Positions 27,447 through 39,929 of a stretch of 64,000 bases of DNA are shown piece after piece. This DNA is from Candidatus Poribacteria bacterium. Lineage in GTDB: Bacteria > Poribacteria > WGA-4E > GCA-2687025. The stretch is from positions 6,927 through 70,926 of the forward strand of contig JAPPNK010000005.1 of NCBI GenBank assembly GCA_028818695.1, read 5' to 3'. The stretch's first letter is position 1. Every line of letters starts with the position of its first letter. The notes under the pieces were generated by a model. The model saw nothing but the letters and a program-made list of their open reading frames with translations. It was not told the DNA's origin and did not search any database. The position numbers and the translations under genes are program-made.

Positions 27447-28682
27447 ATGGGTACAGAAACTGAAATGCCCCTGTCAGAGAGACTTCCCGTTACCGTCCTG
27501 TCCGGCTTTCTCGGCGCAGGCAAGACCACGCTTCTCAACAACGTGCTTAACAACCGCGAGAGCATGCGCGTCGCGGTCATCGTCAACGACATGAGCGAGG
27601 TCAACATTGACGCTGCGCTCGTTGAGCGCGGCGGCGCAGAACTCTCCCGGACCGAGGAGAAGCTGGTCGAGATGACGAACGGCTGCATCTGCTGCACGCT
27701 GCGAGACGACCTGCTCGCCGAGGTCTCGCGGCTCGCGCAGGAGGATCGCTTCGACTACCTGCTCATTGAGTCCACAGGGATCTCGGAGCCCATTCCGGTC
27801 GCGCAGACCTTCACCTTCGAGGACGAGAACGGTGTGAGCCTGAGTCAGGTTTCGCGCCTCGACACGATGGTCACGGTCGTTGACGCGGCGAACTTTCTGT
27901 GGGACTACAACGCCGCCGACGCGCTCCAGGCGCGCGGTGAATCGCTGGGCGAAGAAGATCACAGGACGGTGACCGACCTGCTCATCGACCAGATTGAGTT
28001 CGCAGACGTCATCGTGCTCAACAAGCTTGATCTCGTGAGCAACGATCAGACGCTCGAGGTCGAGGCCGTCGTGAAAGCGCTCAACCCCGGCGCCCGGATC
28101 CTCAGGGCGACGCACGGACAGGTCCCGCTCGAAAACGTGCTCGATACGAACCTGTTCGACTACGAGAAGGCGGAGAGCTCCGCCGGCTGGATTCGAGAGC
28201 TTCAGGGCGAGCGCACGCCGGAGACTGAGGAATACGGGATATCGAGCTTCACCTATCGGACGTCTCAGCCCTTCGACGCCGAGAAGCTGTGGACGTTCCT
28301 GCATGACGACGAGAACTGGACCAGCGTGCTTCGCTCGAAGGGCTTCTTCTGGGTCGTCGCGGACCATCGGGTCGCCTACGAGTGGGCGCAAGCCGGCGGC
28401 GTCAGCAGTGTGAAACCTCTTGGGATGTGGTGGGCGGCGGTACCTCGCGAACACTGGGAGCATCCAGAGGATCAGCGACCAGACCGGCAACCGGACTGGC
28501 ATCCCCGCTTCGGCGATCGCGCGCAGCAGCTCGTTTTCATCGGCCAGCAGATGTGCGAAGCGGCGATACGCGCTCGCCTCGACGCGTGCCTGCTTGACGA
28601 GCGCCTCGCCGCCGACAGCAAGGTCTGGGCAGAAGCCCGGAACCCGTTTCCCGAACTTCAAATGGACGAGGAACCAGCATGA
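27447..28682 (+). CDS. COG0523 (CobW/YeiR/ZigA-like) G3E-family metallochaperone GTPase
   Basis: Walker [12 protein letters not shown], CxCC motif (GCICCT), CobW_C domain. Confidence 0.85.
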   Translation: MGTETEMPLSERLPVTVLSGFLGAGKTTLLNNVLNNRESMRVAVIVNDMSEVNIDAALVERGGAELSRTEEKLVEMTNGCICCTLRDDLLAEVSRLAQEDRFDYLLIESTGISEPIPVAQTFTFEDENGVSLSQVSRLDTMVTVVDAANFLWDYNAADALQARGESLGEEDHRTVTDLLIDQIEFADVIVLNKLDLVSNDQTLEVEAVVKALNPGARILRATHGQVPLENVLDTNLFDYEKAESSAGWIRELQGERTPETEEYGISSFTYRTSQPFDAEKLWTFLHDDENWTSVLRSKGFFWVVADHRVAYEWAQAGGVSSVKPLGMWWAAVPREHWEHPEDQRPDRQPDWHPRFGDRAQQLVFIGQQMCEAAIRARLDACLLDERLAADSKVWAEARNPFPELQMDEEPA

Positions 28683-29266
28683 CCGAAACGGTCCTATGCG
28701 TCCAAAGCGTCCCAGCGCCGTTTGTTTCAACGTCAACATGGAGGCGCTCTACTGATGAAAACGCCAACCTCAACCAACGCTTGACCGATGCTTCGAGCCT
28801 CACTGTTCCACCACTGGCAATTACGTTCTCCAACGAGCCGGTCGACGCTCCCACACCCGATGCGCCCGCGCCCGCCGGCTGCTCATTCTGGGAACTGAGC
28901 GCGAGGCAGAATCTGACGACGTCTGCAGTCGATCAGTTCTGTTCGAAAGGAGAGCGCATGTTGATCAACACATCGCCGCGTCGTCCGGACCGCGAACGGG
29001 TTCGATACATCAAGGAGGCGTTGCGCGAAGCGCTGAGCCTTTCCAATGACATCGCGATCGCGGTCGCTGAGCTGGCTTGTCTCGAAGAAGGTTGCGCGCC
29101 CGTCGAAACCGTGATTGGCCTGCTTCGGCCCGATGCGCCGCAGCTTCAGTGCAAGCTGCACAAACCCATGGACGCCGTTGACGCTAAAGATCTGGTTCAG
29201 GTCTGCGCGGCGTGGGGATTCGACGTCCAAATTCCAATATTTGTACCTCTGCTCCAGGAGAACTAG
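28679..29266 (+). CDS. Hypothetical Cys-containing protein between the two COG0523 genes
   Basis: ATGA-coupled to the upstream gene and abuts the downstream ATG; C-terminal half ([19 protein letters not shown]...QVCAAWG) looks globular; alternative start ATG at 28957. Confidence 0.4.
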   Translation: MTETVLCVQSVPAPFVSTSTWRRSTDENANLNQRLTDASSLTVPPLAITFSNEPVDAPTPDAPAPAGCSFWELSARQNLTTSAVDQFCSKGERMLINTSPRRPDRERVRYIKEALREALSLSNDIAIAVAELACLEEGCAPVETVIGLLRPDAPQLQCKLHKPMDAVDAKDLVQVCAAWGFDVQIPIFVPLLQEN

Positions 29267-30613
29267 ATGAACACACAGCGAAAAGTACCTGTTTCCATCC
29301 TCACCGGCTTCCTCGGCTCTGGCAAGACGACCCTGCTCAATCGAATCTTGAGTGAGGAGCACGGCAAGCGCATTGCCGTGATCGAGAACGAATACGGGGA
29401 GGTCGGCATTGATCATGAGCTCGTCATCAATGCTGACGAGGAGATCTTCGAAATGTCGAACGGCTGCATCTGCTGTACGGTGCGCGGAGACCTGATTCGC
29501 GTGCTCGGCAACCTCATGAAGCGCCGAGACAAGTTCGACTACGTGTTGGTTGAGACCACGGGGCTCGCCGATCCCGGTCCGGTCGCTCAAACCTTCTTCA
29601 TGGACGACGAGATTCGCGCGGAGTTCGCGCTTGATGGGATCGTCACGCTCGTTGACGCAGCCCACATCGAGCAGCAGCTCGGACGAAGCGACGAGAGCAC
29701 GGAACAGATCGCGTTCGCGGACGTTCTTGTTCTTAACAAGACAGACCTCGTCGATGGCGAGGCGCTCGACAGGATTGAGGCTCGGATCCAGGATATGAAC
29801 CGAATGGCGCAAGTCGTGCGTAGCGAGCGGGCGAACGTCTCCCTGGACACGGTACTTAACCTCGGCGCCTTCGACCTGGACCAGATGCTCGAGCGTCGTC
29901 CCGCCTTCCTCGAGCCGGAGTATCCGTTCGAATGGACTGGAGTCTATTCGCTTGATATCGGCCGCTACGAACTCAGCCTCGCCGATGGACCTGATCCGAC
30001 GATGTCGCTTGTCGTCGTGCCCGATCAGGGCACGGATGACGCTGCCCTCCGTGAGGGCGCGGAGTGGAGTGTGCGGCGGTACGCAGAACCTACGGAGCTC
30101 ATTCGTCCGGGGGAAGAGATTCCTGTCGGAAAGCATGTGAATCTCCGGCTCGATTCCCCAGGGCGCAAGTCGTTCTTCCTGGAGGTCGATGCGCAAGTGC
30201 GGGTTGGCCTCTACGCCCAGCACACCGCGGAAGAGTTCGATCTCCAACTGACGAACGCGGAAGGAGCGACCATCGGGCTGGAGGTCGAGCGCACCTGGGT
30301 CGTACAGCACGAGCACGACGACGATGTTGGCTCGATCGCAATCGAGAGGGATGGCGACGTCGATCCCGAAAGGCTCAACGCCTGGCTCGGCAAACTGCTC
30401 CGTGAGCGCGGGGTGGACATCTTCCGAATGAAGGGCTTCATCAGCCTCGCGGGCGATTCGCGTCGATTCGTCTTCCAGGGGGTTCACATGCTCTTCGACG
30501 GCCAGCCGGATCGCCAATGGGGGGACGCGCCCCGTCGCAACCAGCTCGTCTTCATCGGCCGCAACCTCGATGAGGAGAGCATGCGACAGGAGTTCGATGC
30601 ATGTCTGATGTGA
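29267..30613 (+). CDS. COG0523 G3E-family metallochaperone GTPase, second paralog (448 aa)
   Basis: GFLGSGKTTLL Walker A, GCICCT, long CobW_C-containing C-terminal extension. Confidence 0.85.
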   Translation: MNTQRKVPVSILTGFLGSGKTTLLNRILSEEHGKRIAVIENEYGEVGIDHELVINADEEIFEMSNGCICCTVRGDLIRVLGNLMKRRDKFDYVLVETTGLADPGPVAQTFFMDDEIRAEFALDGIVTLVDAAHIEQQLGRSDESTEQIAFADVLVLNKTDLVDGEALDRIEARIQDMNRMAQVVRSERANVSLDTVLNLGAFDLDQMLERRPAFLEPEYPFEWTGVYSLDIGRYELSLADGPDPTMSLVVVPDQGTDDAALREGAEWSVRRYAEPTELIRPGEEIPVGKHVNLRLDSPGRKSFFLEVDAQVRVGLYAQHTAEEFDLQLTNAEGATIGLEVERTWVVQHEHDDDVGSIAIERDGDVDPERLNAWLGKLLRERGVDIFRMKGFISLAGDSRRFVFQGVHMLFDGQPDRQWGDAPRRNQLVFIGRNLDEESMRQEFDACLM

Positions 30614-31647
30614 GTACGGATAGCCCGAAGGGGGCGCTCCGCCGGGGCTGGTCTGCGTCGGTCGGCGACTACGCCATCGCCGGGGGTTGGACCCTCCACG
30701 GTGAGGCGCTGGTGGTCGGTGACGCTGCGGGTGGCGTCTACGCATTCGACGGCAAATCCGGCGCAAGCGCCTGGGTGCGGCAGGAGGCCCATGATGGCGG
30801 CGTGCTCGCGATGGCGATCCACCCGAGCGGGACCGCGTTCGCTACCGCTGGCCAGGACGGACGAGTCCTTGTCTGGGGTGTCGCCGAAGCTCAGGTAAAG
30901 CGGGTTATCGACGTCGGCAGCGATTGGGTGGAGCACGTGGCGTGGTCGCCGGACGGCCAATGGCTGGCGGCCTCCTGCTCCCGTCAGGTTCGCGTGTATG
31001 GCGCCGACGGCGGAGAAGTTTGGCGATCGGATGATCATCCCAGCACCGTCAGCGCGATCGCCTGGTCCAGCGCAGGGGAGCTGGCGACAGCCTGTTACGG
31101 TCGAGTGACGTTCTTCGACGCGTCCACTGGGAAGCGTCGCCAGAAGCTGGAGTGGAGGGGCTCCCTGGTGTCGATGGTACTGAGTCCGGACGGGGAAATC
31201 GTTGCCTGCGGCAGCCAGGACAACTCGGTGCATTTCTGGCGTCGCTCCACGGAGCAGGACTCGATGATGTCAGGATATCCTGCCAAGCCGTCAGCCTTGG
31301 CCTTCGATGACACTGGCGCCCTTTTGGCCACCGGTGGAGGCGAGGCAGTGACGGTCTGGAACTTCTGGGGAAGCGGTCCCGAAGGCACGCGGCCCGTCTC
31401 TCTATATCTTCATGTTCAAACTGTTACAACGCTCGCCTTCGCTCACCGCGGGATGCGCTTGGCCTCGGGAGCTCGGGATGGCCGCGTAGTTGTGTGGTCG
31501 CTCAGGCGCGATGGACAAGGCAATCCGATAGGAATTGCGCTTGTGGCAGATGTTGTCAGCGCCTTGTACTGGCGACCAGATGGACGCGCGCTTGCTGCGC
31601 TTGACGCTCAGGGTGGCGCGACGGTTTGGCGAGTGGGCAACAGGTGA
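30601..31647 (+). CDS. WD40/beta-propeller repeat protein
   Basis: Repeated VAWSPDGQWLAAS / IAWSSAGELATA / LAFAHRGMRLASGARDGRVVVWS WD-like units; overlaps the upstream stop. Confidence 0.8.
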   Translation: MSDVSTDSPKGALRRGWSASVGDYAIAGGWTLHGEALVVGDAAGGVYAFDGKSGASAWVRQEAHDGGVLAMAIHPSGTAFATAGQDGRVLVWGVAEAQVKRVIDVGSDWVEHVAWSPDGQWLAASCSRQVRVYGADGGEVWRSDDHPSTVSAIAWSSAGELATACYGRVTFFDASTGKRRQKLEWRGSLVSMVLSPDGEIVACGSQDNSVHFWRRSTEQDSMMSGYPAKPSALAFDDTGALLATGGGEAVTVWNFWGSGPEGTRPVSLYLHVQTVTTLAFAHRGMRLASGARDGRVVVWSLRRDGQGNPIGIALVADVVSALYWRPDGRALAALDAQGGATVWRVGNR

Positions 31648-31754
31648 AGCACAACCGCAAGTGGGTGGCGGCGCACCCCGGCTATGGGTCGACCCGCCTG
31701 TGCGTTAGCGCCGCAAGTCGCCAACTCAGGCGCCGCCTCAGACGATTTGAGCGG

Positions 31755-32555
31755 CTAAACCGACTTCACCGCCTGCGTCAATTCGACCGCAAACGCCTGC
31801 GCCGCCTCCACCAGGTTCGGCTTGCCGATATGCGCCTCAATCACATTGACGAGCGCGCTGCCGACGATGACGCCGTCTGCGATTTGGGCGACCGCTCTCG
31901 CTTGCTCCGCGTTGCCGACGCCGAAGCCGACGCAGAGAGGCTTGTCGGTCGCGGCGCGCAGCGTTTTCATCAGCGGCGCCAGGTCGGCGCTGACAGCGTC
32001 GCGCGCGCCCGTCACGCCCAGCAGCGACACCGCATACACAAACCCGCGCGATCTCTGCGCAATGCGGCGGGCGCGCTCCGGCGAGCTGGTCGGCGCCGTC
32101 AAAAAAATGAGCGCAATGCCGCGCGACAGCGACGCCTCGTACAGCTCCCCCGACTCCTCAAGCGGCAGATCAGGCACAATCACGCCGTCCACGCCTGCCT
32201 GCGCCGCCGCCTCGCAAAACGACTCCACGCCGTATCGATAGATCGGGTTGTAGTAACACATGACGACGGCGCATGACTGCATGGAGGGGCGCAATTTCTC
32301 CGTCAGCCGCAGCCCCTTCTCCAACGACGCCCCCGCGGCGAGCGCGCGTTCCGACGCCCGCTGTATGCTCGGTCCGTCCGCGATCGGATCGGAAAACGGT
32401 ATGCCGAGCTCTATCACATCCACGCCCGCCCCGTCCAGCGCGAGCGCTATCTCCTCCGTCGCGGCGAGAGTCGGGTCTCCAACGGCGATATACGGCATGA
32501 ACGCCTTTTTTCCCCTTGACCGCAGATCGTCAAACCGCGCCTCAATTCTGTTCAA
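31755..32555 (-). CDS. trpA: Tryptophan synthase alpha chain
   Basis: N-terminus [28 protein letters not shown] matches the TrpA N-terminus; TTG start with AGGAG 7 nt upstream; listed ORF is over-extended upstream; 4-nt overlap with trpB. Confidence 0.9.
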   Translation of the reverse strand: MNRIEARFDDLRSRGKKAFMPYIAVGDPTLAATEEIALALDGAGVDVIELGIPFSDPIADGPSIQRASERALAAGASLEKGLRLTEKLRPSMQSCAVVMCYYNPIYRYGVESFCEAAAQAGVDGVIVPDLPLEESGELYEASLSRGIALIFLTAPTSSPERARRIAQRSRGFVYAVSLLGVTGARDAVSADLAPLMKTLRAATDKPLCVGFGVGNAEQARAVAQIADGVIVGSALVNVIEAHIGKPNLVEAAQAFAVELTQAVKSV

Positions 32556-33739
32556 AGCGAGACTCCTAACGCGCCGCTGACAACGCCGGTGTCCTTGTCG
32601 CCCCTGCCCGATAGGTTTACGATGACGACGGCGCCATGACCGAGCTCCCGCGCCAGTTGCGGAAGATAGGCGACCGCGTGCGCCGTCTCTAACGCGGGGA
32701 TGATCCCTTCCGTCCGGCAAAGCAGCTGAAAGCCCTCCAGCGCCTGCTCGTCCGTCACGGCGGCATACCGCGCCCGTCCCGTCGCCAGATAGTACGAATG
32801 CTCCGGCCCGACGCCCGGATAGTCCAGCCCCGCCGAGATCGAATGCGCGGGGGTGATCTGTCCGTCCGCCTCCTGCAGGAGATGGCACCGCGCCCCGTGG
32901 AACACGCCGACAGAGCCTGCCGTCAACGGAGCCGCATGCCGTTTCTCAATGCCTTCGCCGCCCGCTTCAACGCCGACCATCGCCACCTCCGAGTCTTCAT
33001 AAAACGGGGCGAACAAGCCGATCGAGTTGCTGCCGCCGCCAACGCATGCAACAAGGCAGTCCGGCAGCCTGCCTTCCTTGTCGAGAATCTGCTCGCGCGC
33101 TTCCCGTCCGATGACCGCCTGCATATCGCGCACGATGGTCGGATACGGATGCGTCCCGCAGGCGGAGCCGAGAAGATAGTAGGTCGTCCGAACGTTCGTT
33201 ACCCAGTCCCGAAAAGCGCTGTTGATGGCGTCCTTCAAGGTGCCGGCGCCGGACGAGACGGGAACGACCTGCGCGCCCAGGAGCTTCATGCGAAACACGT
33301 TCAGCGCCTGCCGCTCAATGTCCTCCTCGCCCATATAGACGACGCATTCGACGCCGAATTTGGCGCATGCGGTTGCCGTTGCGACGCCGTGCTGTCCGGC
33401 GCCCGTCTCGGCGATGACGCGCTTTTTGCCCATGCGCAGCGCGAGCAGCGTCTGTCCAACAGCGTTGTTGATCTTGTGCGCGCCGGTGTGGTTCAGGTCC
33501 TCGCGCTTGAAGTAGATTTTGGCTCCGCCCAGCTCGGCGGTAAGCCGTTCAGCATAGTAAAGCGGCGTCGGACGTCCGACATATTCGCGCAGGTAAAACT
33601 GAAACTCCTCCTGAAAAGCAGGGTCCGCCTGAATCTCCCGATAGGCGTTTTCCAGTTCCAGCACGGCAGGCATCAGCGTTTCCGGCACAAAGCGGCCTCC
33701 AAACTCGCCGAAACGCCCGTTTTCGTCTGCTTGGAGCAT
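32552..33739 (-). CDS. trpB: Tryptophan synthase beta chain
   Basis: [32 protein letters not shown] motifs. Confidence 0.95.
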   Translation of the reverse strand: MLQADENGRFGEFGGRFVPETLMPAVLELENAYREIQADPAFQEEFQFYLREYVGRPTPLYYAERLTAELGGAKIYFKREDLNHTGAHKINNAVGQTLLALRMGKKRVIAETGAGQHGVATATACAKFGVECVVYMGEEDIERQALNVFRMKLLGAQVVPVSSGAGTLKDAINSAFRDWVTNVRTTYYLLGSACGTHPYPTIVRDMQAVIGREAREQILDKEGRLPDCLVACVGGGSNSIGLFAPFYEDSEVAMVGVEAGGEGIEKRHAAPLTAGSVGVFHGARCHLLQEADGQITPAHSISAGLDYPGVGPEHSYYLATGRARYAAVTDEQALEGFQLLCRTEGIIPALETAHAVAYLPQLARELGHGAVVIVNLSGRGDKDTGVVSGALGVSL

Positions 33740-33833
33740 GTCGTCCTCTCACTTAAAAACGCGGTTGCTTTAATAGAATAACGCGCCGAGGGCGCAATTG
33801 AAAGGGGATATGCGCCGCCGAGGAGTCGAAACC

Positions 33834-33998
33834 TGACCTTACGTCATTTAGTTGGGACATATCGACATGCGAACGCAGACGGCGTCTGCGGCGCCTCTAG
33901 ATTCCCGCTTTCGCGGGAACGACGCTTTCGAGGGCGGAGCCTTTTCCCTATAAATAGAGCGATCAATCGCTCAAATGTCCCAACTTTACGCATGAGGC
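33834..33998. mobile_element. MITE-like 165-bp repeat, copy 2
   Basis: tgaccttacgtcatttagttgggacat ... atgtcccaactttacgcatgagg; internal ctctagattcccgctttcgcgggaa; intergenic between trpB and the cupredoxin gene. Confidence 0.7.
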
Positions 33999-34093
33999 TA
34001 GTCGAAACGTCTTGACGCAGTCGGCTTTTCTGTGAAACAATTTGAGAGCCGACATGAATCGGCATCGGATCGTCCACACATTGGAGAAGAGAC

Positions 34094-34897
34094 ATGGAAC
34101 GAACATGGGTTGTGAGGTTAGCGGTTGCGGCTCTGGCGGCGGGAACGGCGCTTGCAGTCGGATGCGGAAAAAAGGAGGATAAACGGCCGACTCGACCTGA
34201 AGCCGTACGACAAGCCCCGACGCCCGGCGGACAGGCTCCGGCGCAGCTGTTGGGAACCTCGACGATTACAGGCGTCGTGAAGTACATCGGAGCGCCGAAG
34301 CGGCGGGAGAGTTTGAATAACCAGATGGGCGCCGATAAAGTATGCGCGGCAGCCTCTGCAGCCGGCCCCGTTCTGGACGAAACGTTTATGATCGACGGCG
34401 ATACCGGCGCGGTCAAGAACGTCTTTGTGTATGTGAAAAACGCGCCGAAGGGAAAGTACGCCGCGCCGACGGATGCGAAGGTTCTAGACCAAAAAGGCTG
34501 CGTTTACATGCCGCACGCTCTCGCGCTTCAAACGAACCAGACGCTGAATATACTCAACAGCGACGACACAACCCACAACGTCAATTCGCTGTCGGAAATC
34601 AACAAAGGCTTCAACGAGTCGATGACCTCTGGCAGCGCGAAAATCTCCAAAAAGTTTCCGAAGCAGGAGATCTTCAGAATCAAATGCGACGTCCATGGCT
34701 GGATGGGCGCCTTTGTCGGCGTGTTTGAGCACCCGTTCTTTGCGGTGACAGCAGAAGACGGCTCCTTCACCATCGAACAGCTCCCGGCAGGAACCTATAC
34801 GCTGGGGGCGTATCATGAGAAACTAAAAGAGGTGGAAACGACCGTCACCGTCACCGAGGACGGAGAGCAAACGGTCGAACTCTCCTTTGGCGGTTAA
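34094..34897 (+). CDS. Blue-copper (cupredoxin/amicyanin-like) lipoprotein with a C-terminal beta-sandwich domain
   Basis: Lipobox LAVGCG; Cu ligand pattern H...C-x2-H-x2-M (MPHAL...KCDVHGWM); immediately upstream of coxB. Confidence 0.65.
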   Translation: MERTWVVRLAVAALAAGTALAVGCGKKEDKRPTRPEAVRQAPTPGGQAPAQLLGTSTITGVVKYIGAPKRRESLNNQMGADKVCAAASAAGPVLDETFMIDGDTGAVKNVFVYVKNAPKGKYAAPTDAKVLDQKGCVYMPHALALQTNQTLNILNSDDTTHNVNSLSEINKGFNESMTSGSAKISKKFPKQEIFRIKCDVHGWMGAFVGVFEHPFFAVTAEDGSFTIEQLPAGTYTLGAYHEKLKEVETTVTVTEDGEQTVELSFGG

Positions 34898-34929
34898 GCG
34901 AACAGAACAACTTTGGAACGAGACAGCGT

Positions 34930-35795
34930 ATGAACAGATCCTTGAAACGGGGCGTCAGCTGCGCGGCGGCTCTTTTCGCCCTGCTTGCCGGCGCGGCTTT
35001 GGCGCAGGAGTCGCTGCCGCTCCCTGAATACAGCGGATGGTGGCTTCCAGAAAATTTCTCAAGCGACGGAGTCGTCATAGACCAGCTCTTCAACCTGATT
35101 CTGGTCGTTGTTGTCGTCGTCTTCGTCGCCGTTCAGATCACTTTGATTGTGTTTTTGGTGAAATACCGGGCGCGCCCAGGCGGCAAGGCGACCTACATCC
35201 ACGGCAACAACCGCCTTGAAATACTCTGGACGGCTGTACCCGCTGTGCTTCTCGCCGCTCTTTCTTTTTTTAGTCAGCAAGGTTGGGTGCAAATCAAGCC
35301 TGCCGAAGGGTTTAGAAACGGAGAACCCGGGCGCCAAGCCGACCATGTCATTGAAGTGGTCGCCGAGCAGTTCGCGTGGAACGTACGGTATCCAGGCGCC
35401 GACGGCGTCTTTGGACCGCGGCGGCCCGATCTTGTCTCCGTCGCCAACCCGATCGGCATCGACCGAGAACATCCGAACGGAGCCGACGACATCTTTCTCA
35501 CAGGACAGATGCATGTACCGATGGGCGAGACCATCCAGGTGAATCTCACCTCCAAAGACGTTCTCCACTCCTTCTTCCTGCCGCACAGCCGAGTCAAACA
35601 GGACGCCGTACCCGGCATGGTGATCCAGATGTATTTTGACGTCACGCGCGCCGGCAGTTATGAGATCGCATGCGCTGAATTGTGCGGCAACAACCATTAC
35701 AATATGAAGGGAACGCTCACCGCGCATCCGACCGTCGAAGCGTATCAGGCGGCAGTTGATCGGTTTGCGCCCGTTCCAATCGCAGAGGATACCCA

Positions 35796-35799
<4 letters not shown>
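34930..35799 (+). CDS. coxB: Cytochrome c oxidase subunit II (no fused cytochrome c domain)
   Basis: Two N-terminal transmembrane helices; CuA site HSFFLP...CAELCGNNHYNM. Confidence 0.9.
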
Positions 35800-37615
<1,816 letters not shown>

Positions 37616-37619
<4 letters not shown>

Positions 37620-38584
37620 CGCGCGGACGAACGGCGTTCGCTTTTCTGACAGCCGCCTCGGCATGGCTGCTCATCGGCGCGGGGGGGCTTGTGACCAGCT
37701 ACGGAGCAGGGCTGTCAATAACCGACTGGCCGCTCGCCTACGGCAAACTCATCCCCTCATCGAATCTATTGGTCGGCGGCATCAAGATCGAATACACCCA
37801 TCGGGTCATCGCGGGCGTCGTCGCCGTCATGACAGGCGTTCTCATGGTCTGGACGCTTCAAACGGAGCGGAGGCTGTGGATTCGGCGCCTCTCCATCGCA
37901 GCGTTTGCGGCAGTGTTAGTTCAGGCGGCGTTAGGCGGCTTGACCGTGCTTTTTCTGCTGCCGACCGCCGTCTCCATTGCGCATGCGGGCTTGGCGGAGC
38001 TGTTTTTGGGATGTCTCGTCGTCCTCGCCGCGGCGACTGCGGCGCAGGCGTCTGTTGAAAAAACGGCCGACTCGACCCTTCTGCGATGCGCGGTTGCCGT
38101 TCCCGTTCTTATTTTTATCCAGATTATGCTTGGAGCATGGACGCGGCATATCGGCGCCGGTCTTGCCATCCCCGACTTTCCGCTCGCCTACGGACAGCTC
38201 ATCCCGCCTCTTTCTTCAGACGCGCTGCCTGAAATCAACCGCGAGCTGTTCGAGAAGCATTCGCTGGAGTATTTGAGCTCAACCGCGCCGATCGCCGTTC
38301 ATTTTATGCATCGCTTGGGCGCGTTGGCGGTTTCCGCGGCGGTCCTCATTTTTCTGATCGCCTCGCTGCGACGCTCCCCGTTCGACAGAAAGCTTGTCGC
38401 CGTCTCTGCCGCCTTGACCGTCTTGCTCGCCGCGCAGATCGGCCTCGCCGCGTGGACGATATTGAGCAAGCTGTCTGTCTGGCCGACGACGGCGCATGTG
38501 AGCGTCGGCTCCGCCATGTTCGCCCTTTCTGTTTACGGGGCGGCCGATTGCTTCTTCCGCTATCGAAAAGAGGCGTACGCATGA
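37616..38584 (+). CDS. ctaA: Heme A synthase (COX15/CtaA family)
   Basis: 8-TM protein with two conserved His-containing halves (EYTHR...; HFMHRLGA). Confidence 0.85.
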
Positions 38585-39471
38585 GCTTCGCCGCCGCCGT
38601 CCACCGCCTGCGCATCAACGCCTTTGCGGAGTTGACAAAGCCGCGCATCGCCGCCCTGGTGTCAATGACCGCCGCCGTGGGATACCTTGCCGGCGCGCCG
38701 AAGCCGATCCCATGGGCGGGGCTGGCGCACCTCATCATCGGAACGGCGCTGTCCGCCGGCGGAGCCAGCGCGCTCAATCAGACCATCGAACGCAATATCG
38801 ACGGCAAAATGCGCCGAACGATGCTGCGGCCGATACCGTCCAGGCGCGTCTCCCCCTTTGAAGCGGGAGTCTTCGGATGCGCGCTCAGCGCCGCAGGCTG
38901 CGCCTATCTATGGGCGGCGGTGAACGGACTGACGGCTCTGCTTGCCGCGTTGACGCTCGCCAGCTATCTGGGAGCTTACACGCCGCTCAAACGAATCACT
39001 TCGCTCAATACGGTCGTCGGAGCTGTGCCGGGGGCTATTCCCCCCGTGGGCGGATGGGCGGCCGCGCGCGGCAGCGTCGGGCTTGAAGCGTGGATTCTGT
39101 TCGCTATCCTGTTTTTATGGCAGCTGCCTCATTTTCTCGCCATCGCGTGGATCTACCGCGACGATTACGCCCGCGCCAAACTTGCCATGCTTCCCTGCCA
39201 AGACAACGGCGGAGTTATGACAGGCCGTCAGGTCGCGCTCTATACGCTCGCGCTGACGCCTGTTAGCCTCGCCCCCAGCGTCTTTGGGATGGCAGGCGCC
39301 TTCTATTTTGCGGGAGCTTTGGCGCTGGGATGCGCGTTCACCGCGTTCGCCGGACGAATGGCATGGAAGCGCAACTCCGTTTCCGCCCGCAGGCTCTTGA
39401 CTGCCTCGCTGCTGTATCTCCCGCTTCTTCTCAGCCTTCTGATCTTAGACCGATACGGCGGAGGATTCTGA
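38581..39471 (+). CDS. ctaB: Protoheme IX farnesyltransferase (heme O synthase)
   Basis: UbiA-family motifs (TKPRI, NQTIERNIDGKMRRT...RP); the listed ORF at 38452 is an upstream extension; ATGA overlap with ctaA. Confidence 0.9.
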   Translation: MSFAAAVHRLRINAFAELTKPRIAALVSMTAAVGYLAGAPKPIPWAGLAHLIIGTALSAGGASALNQTIERNIDGKMRRTMLRPIPSRRVSPFEAGVFGCALSAAGCAYLWAAVNGLTALLAALTLASYLGAYTPLKRITSLNTVVGAVPGAIPPVGGWAAARGSVGLEAWILFAILFLWQLPHFLAIAWIYRDDYARAKLAMLPCQDNGGVMTGRQVALYTLALTPVSLAPSVFGMAGAFYFAGALALGCAFTAFAGRMAWKRNSVSARRLLTASLLYLPLLLSLLILDRYGGGF

Positions 39472-39920
39472 TGCCAACCGACGTTCCTCAGTGGGTCAGA
39501 TCGCTGCCGCATCTGAACGCCAGCTTGAACGCTGTCAGCGCCGCGCTGCTGATTGCGGGATTTCGAAGCGTCCGCAAGGGAAACATAGAGCGGCATCGGA
39601 ACGCGATGATCGCCGCGCTGTGCGTTTCCGCTCTGTTTTTGGCGAGTTACCTGACATACCATTTCTACCCAGGCGTCGGCTCCATCCGTTTTGAGAACCC
39701 CGCTTGGTTCCGCCCCGTCTATTTGAGCGTCTTGATCCCGCATGCGATTTTGGCGGTTCCGGTCGCGCCGGCGGCTCTGGTTTTGGTCTTTTTGGCGGGA
39801 ACGCGCCGGATCGAAGCGCACCGCCGGCTTGCGAAGGTCGCCCTGCCTGTCTGGCTTTTCGTCTCGGGAAGCGGCGTCGCCGTCTATCTCATCTTATACG
39901 CGGTTTTTCCGCAGGTTTAG
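39471..39920 (+). CDS. DUF420 membrane protein (cytochrome oxidase cluster-associated)
   Basis: 4-TM, 149 aa; ATG overlaps the ctaB TGA by 1 nt; the listed ORF start at 39330 is an extension. Confidence 0.7.
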   Translation: MPTDVPQWVRSLPHLNASLNAVSAALLIAGFRSVRKGNIERHRNAMIAALCVSALFLASYLTYHFYPGVGSIRFENPAWFRPVYLSVLIPHAILAVPVAPAALVLVFLAGTRRIEAHRRLAKVALPVWLFVSGSGVAVYLILYAVFPQV

Positions 39921-39929
39921 GAGTTCATC

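Noticed and set aside
28883-30766. 627-aa minus-strand ORF spanning the COG0523 genes
   Set aside because: Antisense to two genes with unambiguous Walker A/CxCC motifs; no recognisable motifs of its own; Arg-rich composition typical of GC shadow ORFs.
32556-32888. 333-nt upstream extension of trpA (Gly/Arg-rich)
   Set aside because: TrpA homology begins at the TTG at 32555 with an AGGAG RBS; the extension lies inside trpB on the same strand in another frame.
38452-38580. Upstream extension of ctaB
   Set aside because: Overlaps ctaA; the conserved CtaB N-terminus starts at the ATG at 38581 (ATGA coupling).
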